In this document: piece by piece, positions 19,087-27,685 of the stretch
Layout of the letters: every line of letters starts with the position of its first letter
How positions within the stretch are numbered: the stretch's first letter is position 1
IMG/VR virus record: IMGVR_UViG_3300028025_000090
Origin: a virus
DNA: 64,000 nucleotides
Strand: one strand, 5' to 3'
Made by a program: the position numbers and the translations under genes
The notes under the pieces: model-generated
Databases searched by the model: none
Told to the model about the DNA's origin: nothing
The model's input: only the letters and a program-made list of their open reading frames with translations

Positions 19087-19515
19087 TTAATAATCATCGG
19101 ATTGCTCGAATCCAGTGTTTGCAAAATCAGCTTTAGCATCAAGACGATGCCAAACATCGGAAACATATGTCGAAGAAATAGTAATCGCGGAAACCATCCA
19201 ATCTTCAAATTCACAATCGTTTCTCATTTCATACAAACGATCAGCATATTCAGCGAGTTTTTTCAACTCTGAAAGAAGAACTTCATTAACTTCGTGCTTC
19301 TCAACAGGACTAATTGGATCAAATTCCATGACCATTCCATGTGCTTCAGGTTGATCAAAATCACTTTCGTCACCAAAGTCATCGTCGTCACCGAAATCAT
19401 CATCCTCCATGGCATCACCGAAGTCATCATCCATCTCTTCATCAAATCTTTCGTTCATAACTTTACCACGGAAAGATTCCCAAATCACTTTATTTTCTTC
19501 GCCTTTGAATTTCAT
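19087..19515 (-). CDS. acidic hypothetical late protein
   Basis: DDDFGD repeats; TAAATA at 19521-19526, 5 nt upstream. Confidence 0.65.
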   Translation of the reverse strand: MKFKGEENKVIWESFRGKVMNERFDEEMDDDFGDAMEDDDFGDDDDFGDESDFDQPEAHGMVMEFDPISPVEKHEVNEVLLSELKKLAEYADRLYEMRNDCEFEDWMVSAITISSTYVSDVWHRLDAKADFANTGFEQSDDY

Positions 19516-19523
19516 AATATTAT

Positions 19524-19928
19524 TTAGCTAATTGAGTTTAAATTCTGAGTTTCCTCTTTCTCATTCTGGATTCCCATGATAATTGGTAGAATTTCTTCTT
19601 CATAAAATTCTTTACCAGTCTTTCCAGTCTGTTGTAACAATTCTTGAGCTTTATCATCATCCTGTAAAGCAACTTCAAGTTCCTTCAGATTTGATTTATC
19701 TGCTTCCGATACATTAGTTGTTGTTGCGTATAGCAATGCCATCACAACATGTTTGATGTAATTAATTTCTGCTATGGAAGTTAGAGGAACAGGATTAGCT
19801 TCTTCCGCTGATGGTGCTGGTTGCCCCTCTTGAGGTGGTGCTTGCTCCATACCAGCATTAGGGTCTTGTCCTTCTTGTTCAAGAAGGCGACTATATTTTT
19901 CAATTAGTTGTAATGTTTTTGATTTCAT
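19524..19928 (-). CDS. hypothetical, candidate internal head protein
   Basis: ORF coupled to neighbours; MKSKTLQLIEKYSRLLEQ. Confidence 0.6.
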   Translation of the reverse strand: MKSKTLQLIEKYSRLLEQEGQDPNAGMEQAPPQEGQPAPSAEEANPVPLTSIAEINYIKHVVMALLYATTTNVSEADKSNLKELEVALQDDDKAQELLQQTGKTGKEFYEEEILPIIMGIQNEKEETQNLNSIS

Positions 19929-19929
19929 G

Positions 19930-20394
19930 TTAATAAGTTCTTCCAGTTGCAGTTTGTTTTACTGCTTGCAATCCTTTTTTAATTCTTACTGAACCTTTTC
20001 TATAAGCATCAACCGCTTGATTAGCAAGATTTTGTCTTTCTTTCACTGCTGATTTTGCTTTTTGCGCGGAAGTGCCAAACAATTTACCTGCAAGACCTTT
20101 CAAACCACTAGAAGCTTTACCTGCCAAACCTTCGACTTCTTTATCGACTTCATATGCCCCTGTTCCCGCATCGATAAATTCATCCTCTTCGGCGTATTTT
20201 TTCTTCTTGAGACGTTTTTTCTTTTCATGAAGAAGCATTTTAGCTTTGAAAGCATCTTCCATTTTTTGTTCATTAGCTGGATCATATCCTTCTAAAATTT
20301 CTAAAAATTTGCTTTTTTTAGCTTTGGAAGAATTTTCCATTTCACGCTTAGTAGCTGGATCGTGTTCTTCAATAAGTTTCAAAAATTTACTCAT
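19930..20394 (-). CDS. hypothetical late protein with duplicated N-terminal segment
   Basis: SKFLKLIEEHDPA/SKFLEILEGYDPA repeat; TAAATA at 20400-20405. Confidence 0.65.
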   Translation of the reverse strand: MSKFLKLIEEHDPATKREMENSSKAKKSKFLEILEGYDPANEQKMEDAFKAKMLLHEKKKRLKKKKYAEEDEFIDAGTGAYEVDKEVEGLAGKASSGLKGLAGKLFGTSAQKAKSAVKERQNLANQAVDAYRKGSVRIKKGLQAVKQTATGRTY

Positions 20395-20398
20395 AGCA

Positions 20399-20896
20399 TT
20401 ATTTAATCAAAATAGTCATCTTATTGATAACTTCTTGGAAATACTGCTCATTGAGAAAAGTCAGACCCTCTTTCTCCAAATATTTGGATATTTTTCGGAA
20501 TGATGGTGTTTTTCTATTTTGAAATGCCATTTCTAATTCAGAGATCATTTCAGCATTCAAAATTTTCAAAAGATATTCCAATTTTTCGAAATCAAAATTC
20601 TTTTCAATGATATTGATTTTGAAAATTCTACGAACTTTTTTCAAAAGCTGATTACGGAATTTATCCTTCGTCAGTGTATTGGAAAAAAATACAAAATCTT
20701 GTTGTGTATATTTCAAAAATTCAGTAAATGTCTTAATGAACTCATGAGTATACAATTTCTGATTATTTCTTTTAGAAAAATCAAAAGTTGCAGTCAGCCC
20801 TAGATTTTCTAAAAGAATTGCAAAGGTTTCATTTGTTTCTTTGAAAACCTCATCAATATCGATGATTTTCTTATTTCGAAATAAAATTCTAGTCAC
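20399..20896 (-). CDS. hypothetical protein
   Basis: 165-aa ORF overlapping upstream gene by 4 nt. Confidence 0.55.
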   Translation of the reverse strand: MTRILFRNKKIIDIDEVFKETNETFAILLENLGLTATFDFSKRNNQKLYTHEFIKTFTEFLKYTQQDFVFFSNTLTKDKFRNQLLKKVRRIFKINIIEKNFDFEKLEYLLKILNAEMISELEMAFQNRKTPSFRKISKYLEKEGLTFLNEQYFQEVINKMTILIK

Positions 20897-21357
20897 AACC
20901 CAAGAGTAGCAGGATTGCGTTCGATGTCAATATAATTTTTGGGAATGATACCTAAGCGGACATTTAGAATACCATTGTAATATTTTTGATCCATCAATGC
21001 ATTGCATTTAATTTGCCAAATCAACTCTCCGTAGGTCATATGGAATTTTGATTGGCAAACTTCTATCACTTCTCTGGAAAAATGCTCAATACCGTATTTC
21101 TCAATGTCAGCAAGCAATTCTTTGGACGATCCCCAATACTTTTCAACATCGTTGTCCACATAAGAAATCCTATTGCGTGTCTTACCTTTCAATGGTTTCC
21201 TTTTTACTTTCTTGAGCAATTTCTTTTGCCCAATGTAGTATTTTTTCTTGGAATCTGGATGATTATTGCGAATGAGGTAAACAAATCCTACAACACCTTC
21301 CGTATCGGTTGGGAAATTTTTCCATGAGCTTTGGGGTTGACTTTCTGATTTTTGCAT
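20893..21357 (-). CDS. GIY-YIG (Seg-like) endonuclease
   Basis: GFVYLIRN...YYIGQK...YWGSS...FSREVI...YNG. Confidence 0.8.
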   Translation of the reverse strand: MQKSESQPQSSWKNFPTDTEGVVGFVYLIRNNHPDSKKKYYIGQKKLLKKVKRKPLKGKTRNRISYVDNDVEKYWGSSKELLADIEKYGIEHFSREVIEVCQSKFHMTYGELIWQIKCNALMDQKYYNGILNVRLGIIPKNYIDIERNPATLGL

Positions 21358-21662
21358 TTATATTTAATTATAATTGATTCTGATTTATTATATTTATTGT
21401 ACATTAATCTTAATCAATAGATAATGATAAGAAGATTGATTTTAATTAATTTTTTTTTCTTTTGTTTCTTTCTTTAGTTATCTTTAATCATAGTTAATAT
21501 ATAATCTATATCTAATAATAAGATAATTAATTATAATAATAAATTGACTATTGACAAATGAATATAGCGAGTATAATTAATGGGAGGGGGGTGGGAATAG
21601 ATGTACAATATAATAAAGAAATTTAGTTAAATTTAATCGCCAGAAAATTGAAAAACATCCGT
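21358..21662. other. AT-rich non-coding island, candidate replication origin/regulatory hub
   Basis: longest intergenic gap; imperfect inverted repeats at 21384-21404 and 21601-21617; G-tract at 21582-21595. Confidence 0.4.
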
Positions 21663-21690
21663 TTGACATCCCAAAAATCTGTGCTACTGT
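21663..21690 (+). promoter_or_regulatory. sigma70-type promoter TTGACA-N16-TACTGT, 6 nt before ATG
   Basis: direct reading; ATG at 21697. Confidence 0.7.
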
Positions 21691-21696
21691 CCAAAC

Positions 21697-22623
21697 ATGA
21701 ACGTAAATTACATCAAAAATATCGACGCAATGGCTGGATTGAAGGAATTACCTGACAAATCGATTCATTGTTGTCTCACATCACCTCCTTACTACAACCT
21801 TCGTCAATACACAGATGATGAAAATGAATTTGGATTGGCAGAGACACCTGAAGAGTTTGTCAATGGATTGTGTGATTACTACGATGAAGTCTATCGTGTT
21901 CTGCGAGATGATGGTGTTGTTTTTGTGAACTTAGGTGATACCTATCTTGGAAGTGGTAAAGGTGTTTGGAAAAACAAAGAAGAACCTCAAAAAGAGTCAT
22001 TCAAATTTCGAGAAAAACCCAAAGAGAAATTGGGTGGTTGGAGAAAACCCAAACAATTGGCATTAATTCCTTTTCGTTTTGCCATCGAGATGCAGAATAG
22101 AGGATGGATTTTGAGAAATAATATCGTATGGCATAAAGGAAATGCCCTTCCACAGAGCGTCACAGATCGTTTTGTGGTTGATTTTGAATCGGTATTCATG
22201 TTCGTGAAAAGCAAATCATATTATTTCAAACAACAAATTGAACCATTTGCCAATTCTTCTAATCCAATGGAAGTCTACACAGGAGAGGCTACAAAGGATT
22301 ATGAGACTCAGAAGGCTCAGAACCCAAGTGATACGAAGAGAAGGATTCTGGATGCAATGCGTAAGCGAGGAGGACGTTCCATGAGAGCAGTCTGGAAAAT
22401 TAATACCAAACCCAACAAGTCAGTCCACACAGCCACATTCCCCGAAGAATTGGTGGAACGTATGTTGAAGAGTGGATGCCCTGAAGGTGGTGTCGTATTG
22501 GACTTCTTTATGGGTTCAGGGACAACAGGAGCAGTTGCCAAACAATTAGGCATGAACTATATCGGATTTGATTTAAATTCCGAATATTGTGAAGTGGCGA
22601 GAAAGAGAATTAATTCTTTTTAA
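21697..22623 (+). CDS. DNA N4-C/N6-A methyltransferase (beta class)
   Basis: TSPPYY, HTATFP, DFFMGSGTT. Confidence 0.92.
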   Translation: MNVNYIKNIDAMAGLKELPDKSIHCCLTSPPYYNLRQYTDDENEFGLAETPEEFVNGLCDYYDEVYRVLRDDGVVFVNLGDTYLGSGKGVWKNKEEPQKESFKFREKPKEKLGGWRKPKQLALIPFRFAIEMQNRGWILRNNIVWHKGNALPQSVTDRFVVDFESVFMFVKSKSYYFKQQIEPFANSSNPMEVYTGEATKDYETQKAQNPSDTKRRILDAMRKRGGRSMRAVWKINTKPNKSVHTATFPEELVERMLKSGCPEGGVVLDFFMGSGTTGAVAKQLGMNYIGFDLNSEYCEVARKRINSF

Positions 22624-22846
22624 TTTTCTTTCTGCGTTTTTTATTTTTTAATTTACCTCTCCTCGTGGTGATACCCATCCCATAAGGATTCCTAGCATCT
22701 CCTGAAGCAAACCAATCGGTGTTTTCAATACCAGCATGACCAGCGACATCGCCTCCATATACGTCTCCAGCAGTCATATCCTCGTTCAACATTTGTTGAT
22801 AAAGATTTGCGATGTTATTTTGATCATTGACAAAGGGTTTGCTCAT
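22610..22846 (-). CDS. small hypothetical late protein with basic C-terminus
   Basis: TAAATA at 22852-22857, 5 nt upstream; ends KNKKRRKKIKKN. Confidence 0.6.
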   Translation of the reverse strand: MSKPFVNDQNNIANLYQQMLNEDMTAGDVYGGDVAGHAGIENTDWFASGDARNPYGMGITTRRGKLKNKKRRKKIKKN

Positions 22847-22854
22847 GTTATTAT
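22827..22854 (+). promoter_or_regulatory. sigma70-type promoter TTGACA-N16-TATTAT, 7 nt before ATG at 22862
   Basis: direct reading; overlaps the divergent late promoter. Confidence 0.65.
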
Positions 22855-22861
22855 TTAGTCA

Positions 22862-23173
22862 ATGGAGGAAGTAACAGTAAATGAAGAGCTTTTGGGACAA
22901 GTCATTAATAATTTGGTGAAGTCTTTTGATGACGAATTATTTAATCTAAAAGAGAATGAACTGGAGTCACACTGGTTTTGGAATTGGAATGATGAACATT
23001 CAGTGAATTACAATACATATAAATTTTTTGATTTGCTAGGTTTGTATCAAAGCTCTTGTAGAAAATGGGAAGAAAAACATAATGGTTACATTTGTGTGGT
23101 TGAAAGAGTTCGGGATAAGTATCTCATACCGAAAATTGAAGAATTTTTGAAAATTTTGAAAGAGAAACAATGA
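22862..23173 (+). CDS. hypothetical protein
   Basis: ORF with promoter; 4-nt overlap with next gene. Confidence 0.6.
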   Translation: MEEVTVNEELLGQVINNLVKSFDDELFNLKENELESHWFWNWNDEHSVNYNTYKFFDLLGLYQSSCRKWEEKHNGYICVVERVRDKYLIPKIEEFLKILKEKQ

Positions 23174-23523
23174 TCAAAGTGGTGAATAAGTCAAAACATA
23201 AGCCGACTCCCGATGATGTCTATATCGGGCGTGGCTCTGTTTTAGGTAATCCTTATCATTCCAAAGAATCCGATCATCCTCAAGCTCTGTATAAAGTGGA
23301 AACCACTGAAGAAGCTATTGAAGGATATGGAAAACACTTTGAGTATTCCTATTCCAATGATGCAGCTTTTCATAAATATGTTCGTGAATTAATTGAACGA
23401 GAGTTAGATGATAAGGATACAAATCTTGTTTGCTACTGCGCTCCCGATAAATGTCATGGTGACTTTATCAAAAAATCTGTAGAAGATGCAGCGAATCAAA
23501 TCCGATGGTCTTCTTTTATGTAA
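23170..23523 (+). CDS. DUF4326-like protein
   Basis: VYIGRGSVLGNPY...LVCYCAPDKCHGD. Confidence 0.85.
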   Translation: MIKVVNKSKHKPTPDDVYIGRGSVLGNPYHSKESDHPQALYKVETTEEAIEGYGKHFEYSYSNDAAFHKYVRELIERELDDKDTNLVCYCAPDKCHGDFIKKSVEDAANQIRWSSFM

Positions 23524-23528
23524 AAATT

Positions 23529-23927
23529 ATGAGTTACGAACTAATTAAAAAATATCAATCACAATATGAAGAATTTGCTAAGATCACAGACTTCAATCTT
23601 GAAGATGTGACTCGAAGAGTTCCCGCAGAGAAACACTTTTGGGTGTGTCGTCTCATTGATGCAAAAATCGAGAAAGACAAACTCTACAGATCGAAAGCAT
23701 CTACCAAACACACTCTCCAGAAGAAAATCATGGAAGAGTCTCCAGTGGCTCTAAATAAGCAGGTCTTGGACGATTTAGATAAGACACCTTCATTGGAAAA
23801 CATCAATCAAAAAATTAAAGAACAGGAATATTTGATTGAATATTTGGAAAAATTGGTAAGTCAGATTACCTTCATTGGTAATGATATTAAAAATATTTTG
23901 GAATTGCGGAAACTACAGGAATTATGA
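23529..23927 (+). CDS. uvsY: UvsY-like recombination mediator
   Basis: Start refined to MSYELIKK; helical protein ending IEYLEK...DIKNILELRKL; upstream of uvsW. Confidence 0.7.
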   Translation: MSYELIKKYQSQYEEFAKITDFNLEDVTRRVPAEKHFWVCRLIDAKIEKDKLYRSKASTKHTLQKKIMEESPVALNKQVLDDLDKTPSLENINQKIKEQEYLIEYLEKLVSQITFIGNDIKNILELRKLQEL

Positions 23928-24130
23928 GTGAATATAAATTAAACCCAGAAGAATCTTTTTACGAAAATATCATTCGCGTTTTTAGAATGAAAATGGAACA
24001 CCAAAAAATCAAATTCGATTATATTAATCCCAATATGATGGCAGAAGTTCTTGAAAAATTGGAGGCTTATGGTAGATTTGAGGCTGATGAAGAAATTTGG
24101 AAATGGATACAAGATATGTATGGAGCATGA
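23924..24130 (+). CDS. hypothetical protein
   Basis: 68-aa ORF coupled on both sides (ATGA overlaps). Confidence 0.55.
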   Translation: MSEYKLNPEESFYENIIRVFRMKMEHQKIKFDYINPNMMAEVLEKLEAYGRFEADEEIWKWIQDMYGA

Positions 24131-25539
24131 TAACATTTGATTACAAAACAACCAAACGACAGGGGCAATTGATTACGGATTCCGAAACACTCGGTATGAT
24201 CCGTAATCATTTTTCTGTTAAGAATGATGGTGCTTCTTTTGCCAAGAAGAAAGGGCATCGTTTTGTGAAAGACCGTAAGTATGCGATTACTCCCACTGGT
24301 TTGTTTGACTTTGGATTTTATGGGGAGATTCTGAAATATCTAAGAGACAACCAAATTACTGATATCACATTCACTGATGAATTTCGTGATAGGTTGAAAT
24401 GTGGTATTGGAAAATTTGAGTTCAAAGATGAACTTAAATACGATGCTCGTTATTATCAGAAAGATTCTATCATAGCTGGTTTGGAGAAAGGTTATGGTGT
24501 TTTTCTATTAGCAACAGGTGCAGGTAAATCTTTAGCTCAAGCATTACTGATAGAAAATTATATGGAAAACGTATCAAATGATACATTCAAATGTCTTATC
24601 GTAGTTCCAGGTCTTTCTCTTGTAAATCAGTTACAAAAAGATTTCGAGGACTACCAAGTTACATTTTCATATTCAGGTTGGACTGGTGAAAGTCCCTTAC
24701 AAGATACTCAAGTTGTTATATGCAATACTCAGAATTTAGGTTCTAAATTTACTGATAATTCTTGGATACTTGATGTGAACTTATTGATAGTCGATGAGTG
24801 TCATGGTGTCAATAGTGATGCCAATTTGTCAAAAATTATTAATAAAATCAAAACACCAAATAAGTTCGGTTTCACAGGAACATTATCTGATAAACCATTG
24901 AATCAATGGAAAACGCTCGGTGTGTTCGGACCAGTGATTTATGAGAAGAAATCTAAAGAATTGAGAGATGAGAAATATCTATCAAATGTTAATATAAATG
25001 TTTTAAAATTGAAACATTCAAAAACATATAAATTAAATTATAAACAAGAATTAGAATACTTATATAAAAATGAAAAACGGAATGATTTTATTTGTAAATT
25101 GGCTGGTAAACTTAATGGCAACGTTCTCATTATGGTTAATCACTTGGAACATGGCGATTCTTTATTATCTGTTTTGTCTAATAAATTGGATAGACATATA
25201 TATTTTGTCAAAGGTGAAGTCGATGTTCAAGAAAGACAAAAAATAATTGACATGATGGAAAAGAATGATAATATCATCTGTATTGCGATGTCATCTATCT
25301 TTTCCACAGGTATCAACATTAAAAATCTTCCAAATATTATGTTTGTTGGATTGGGTAAGAGCTTTATTCGTGTTGTTCAGTCAATTGGTAGAGGACTTCG
25401 TTTACATGAAAGTAAAGACAAATTAAGAATATTTGACATTGTGGATAATACCAAATATTCATCTTCCCATGCTGAATACAGACAAGAAATTTATGATAAA
25501 GAAGATATCCAATGGACGGAAAGAACAATTGAAATATGA
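24127..25539 (+). CDS. uvsW: UvsW-like SF2 helicase
   Basis: ATGAGKS, DECH, GFTGT, STGINIKNL, QSIGRGLR; start refined to MITFDY. Confidence 0.92.
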   Translation: MITFDYKTTKRQGQLITDSETLGMIRNHFSVKNDGASFAKKKGHRFVKDRKYAITPTGLFDFGFYGEILKYLRDNQITDITFTDEFRDRLKCGIGKFEFKDELKYDARYYQKDSIIAGLEKGYGVFLLATGAGKSLAQALLIENYMENVSNDTFKCLIVVPGLSLVNQLQKDFEDYQVTFSYSGWTGESPLQDTQVVICNTQNLGSKFTDNSWILDVNLLIVDECHGVNSDANLSKIINKIKTPNKFGFTGTLSDKPLNQWKTLGVFGPVIYEKKSKELRDEKYLSNVNINVLKLKHSKTYKLNYKQELEYLYKNEKRNDFICKLAGKLNGNVLIMVNHLEHGDSLLSVLSNKLDRHIYFVKGEVDVQERQKIIDMMEKNDNIICIAMSSIFSTGINIKNLPNIMFVGLGKSFIRVVQSIGRGLRLHESKDKLRIFDIVDNTKYSSSHAEYRQEIYDKEDIQWTERTIEI

Positions 25540-25976
25540 GTAATAAAAATGAGTATTATGTGAACTCCAAAGAGTTCCGACAGCTATTGATGAATTATTA
25601 TCAGTCTGATAATATGACTAATGATTTGGCATCAAACATTGTTAAAATAGCGGAGGGATTATCATATAATCATCGCTTTATTCGATATTCTCGAAGCTGG
25701 AAAGAAGAAATGGTGGGAGATGCGATTGTAAAAATGTATCATGCTTTGGAGAAAAAATTATATAACATTGAATCAGAATTTAACCCATTTTCTTATTTCA
25801 ATCGTATTGCATGGAACGCATTTACCAATCGTATTAATAAAGAAAAGGGACAGCATGAAGGTTTGAATGAATATAAAGAAATGGTTTATATGGAATCAAT
25901 GTCTGGTCCAGATGCGATGGGGCATGTATATGTAAAACCAGTTATGGAAGGAGATGAATATGACGATAATGAATAA
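25536..25976 (+). CDS. gp55: late-transcription sigma factor gp55
   Basis: YYVNSKEF...IAEGLSY...EEMVGDA...NPFSYFNRIAWNAF..RINKEK. Confidence 0.88.
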   Translation: MSNKNEYYVNSKEFRQLLMNYYQSDNMTNDLASNIVKIAEGLSYNHRFIRYSRSWKEEMVGDAIVKMYHALEKKLYNIESEFNPFSYFNRIAWNAFTNRINKEKGQHEGLNEYKEMVYMESMSGPDAMGHVYVKPVMEGDEYDDNE

Positions 25977-26664
25977 ATTACTTAAATTAATTGGGTTCGA
26001 GCGGAAAGGCTATCAATCAGAAACCTACCATTTCAAATGGGGGGAAGTCTCATGGCATCCTAAAAAATGGGATCTTGGTCTGAAAGTGTGTAATTGGGGG
26101 TGTGAATCTCGAAATTTATTAATCATTAAACCTCTTTTTTGTTCGATATACATAAATTTATCAAAAGAATATGATAGGGATGATGAAGGATTTGATTATG
26201 GATTTTATATTTATGATTGGTATGCTTTAGCATTGAGTTGGGGTAGTAAAACAATACATTGGGACTTTCCTTATATAGCAAAAGAATGGGATAGGACAGA
26301 GATTTTTGATGTTGAGGGTAATTTAAAATTTGTTGATAAAGCGGGTATTAATACAGGAGATGAGCGGTACGATATAGTCGATAAAATCCAAGTTTCATAT
26401 CCTTATAAATATTATTTAAAAAATGGAGATATTCAAGAAAGAGAGGCTAAAGTCCATGTCACCAATATGGTTTGGACTCGTAAATGGTTTCCTTTTTTGA
26501 AGATAAATCGACGATATATTGATGTTAATTTTTCAGAAGAAGTTGGAGAAGGTGTTGACTCTTGGAAAGGTGGTTGTACAAGTTGTGGATATGAAATGAA
26601 GCAAGGAGAAACACCTGAGCAATGTTTGAGAAGAATGGAAAAAGAAAGAAAATTTGATAGATAA
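25954..26664 (+). CDS. conserved phage hypothetical protein
   Basis: Trp/Tyr-rich; C-terminal GSWKGG-like DSWKGGC..GYEM..GETPEQCLRRMEKERKF; may start at 25969. Confidence 0.6.
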   Translation: MNMTIMNKLLKLIGFERKGYQSETYHFKWGEVSWHPKKWDLGLKVCNWGCESRNLLIIKPLFCSIYINLSKEYDRDDEGFDYGFYIYDWYALALSWGSKTIHWDFPYIAKEWDRTEIFDVEGNLKFVDKAGINTGDERYDIVDKIQVSYPYKYYLKNGDIQEREAKVHVTNMVWTRKWFPFLKINRRYIDVNFSEEVGEGVDSWKGGCTSCGYEMKQGETPEQCLRRMEKERKFDR

Positions 26665-26665
26665 T

Positions 26666-27685
26666 ATGATAAAAAAACCAAAAGTAGCAATATTTTCAGA
26701 CCTTCATTTGGGTCTATATGGAAATTCGACAGAGTGGCACGACATCGCTCTCAAGTGGGCAGATTGGATTACTGCTGATTTGAAGAAAAAGAAAATCACT
26801 GACATTTTTTTCCTTGGTGACTTTTTCCATAATCGTTCAGAAATCTCTGTGCAGACTATTCACGTTGCCTCTGAATTGATTGCGAAGTTCAAGGGCTTCA
26901 ACATGTTCATGGTAATTGGAAATCATGATGCTTTCTATAAAAATCGTAGTGATGTCCATAGCTTGGGATTCCTCAAGGGTCACGATAACATTACGATTAT
27001 CGATCAGAACTTGGAATTTGAGGCATTTGGTAAAAAAATATTATTTGTTCCTTGGAATCACGAATTACCAGACGGTAAATTTGACCATATTTTCGGACAC
27101 TTTGAAATTCAGACATTTCAAATGAACAATTATAAGGTTTGTGATCACGGATTCCAAGTCATGGATTTCTTAGCATCCCGAACCACCAATGTTTGGTCTG
27201 GTCACTTCCATACTAAGAGTATTAAGAAATACAACGAAGGAACGATTCGATACATTGGTAATACTTTCCATCATGATTTCAACGATTGTGGAGATGACAA
27301 GGGTTATCACATTCTGAATCTAGAAGATGATTCTGTCGAATTTGTAAAGAATACGGCATCTCCTGAATTTATTAAAATTCCTCTGACTAAGATCAAAAAT
27401 TACAAAGCGGAGGATATCGAAGGAAACATCATCAAGTTCATAGTTGACAAAGACATTGAAGATGATAAGGTTGAGAAGTTCAAAGTCTATCTGTCTAACT
27501 TCGCTCCTTTCCGTCTCACCACGGAATACAACGTGGCAACGAAGACAATTGGTGATGTTGAACAAGTGGATTCTGTTGATATCGTGGGAATGTTTGATGA
27601 GTTCTATGAACAACTCAAGCTGGATGATGAGCAATTGATGAGAGTGAAGAAAATTAACGATGAGTTATACGAAAAGTGTAAATGA
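26666..27685 (+). CDS. gp47: recombination nuclease gp47 (Mre11/SbcD-like)
   Basis: SDLHLG, LGDFFHNR, IGNHD, GHFE, SGHFH. Confidence 0.92.
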   Translation: MIKKPKVAIFSDLHLGLYGNSTEWHDIALKWADWITADLKKKKITDIFFLGDFFHNRSEISVQTIHVASELIAKFKGFNMFMVIGNHDAFYKNRSDVHSLGFLKGHDNITIIDQNLEFEAFGKKILFVPWNHELPDGKFDHIFGHFEIQTFQMNNYKVCDHGFQVMDFLASRTTNVWSGHFHTKSIKKYNEGTIRYIGNTFHHDFNDCGDDKGYHILNLEDDSVEFVKNTASPEFIKIPLTKIKNYKAEDIEGNIIKFIVDKDIEDDKVEKFKVYLSNFAPFRLTTEYNVATKTIGDVEQVDSVDIVGMFDEFYEQLKLDDEQLMRVKKINDELYEKCK

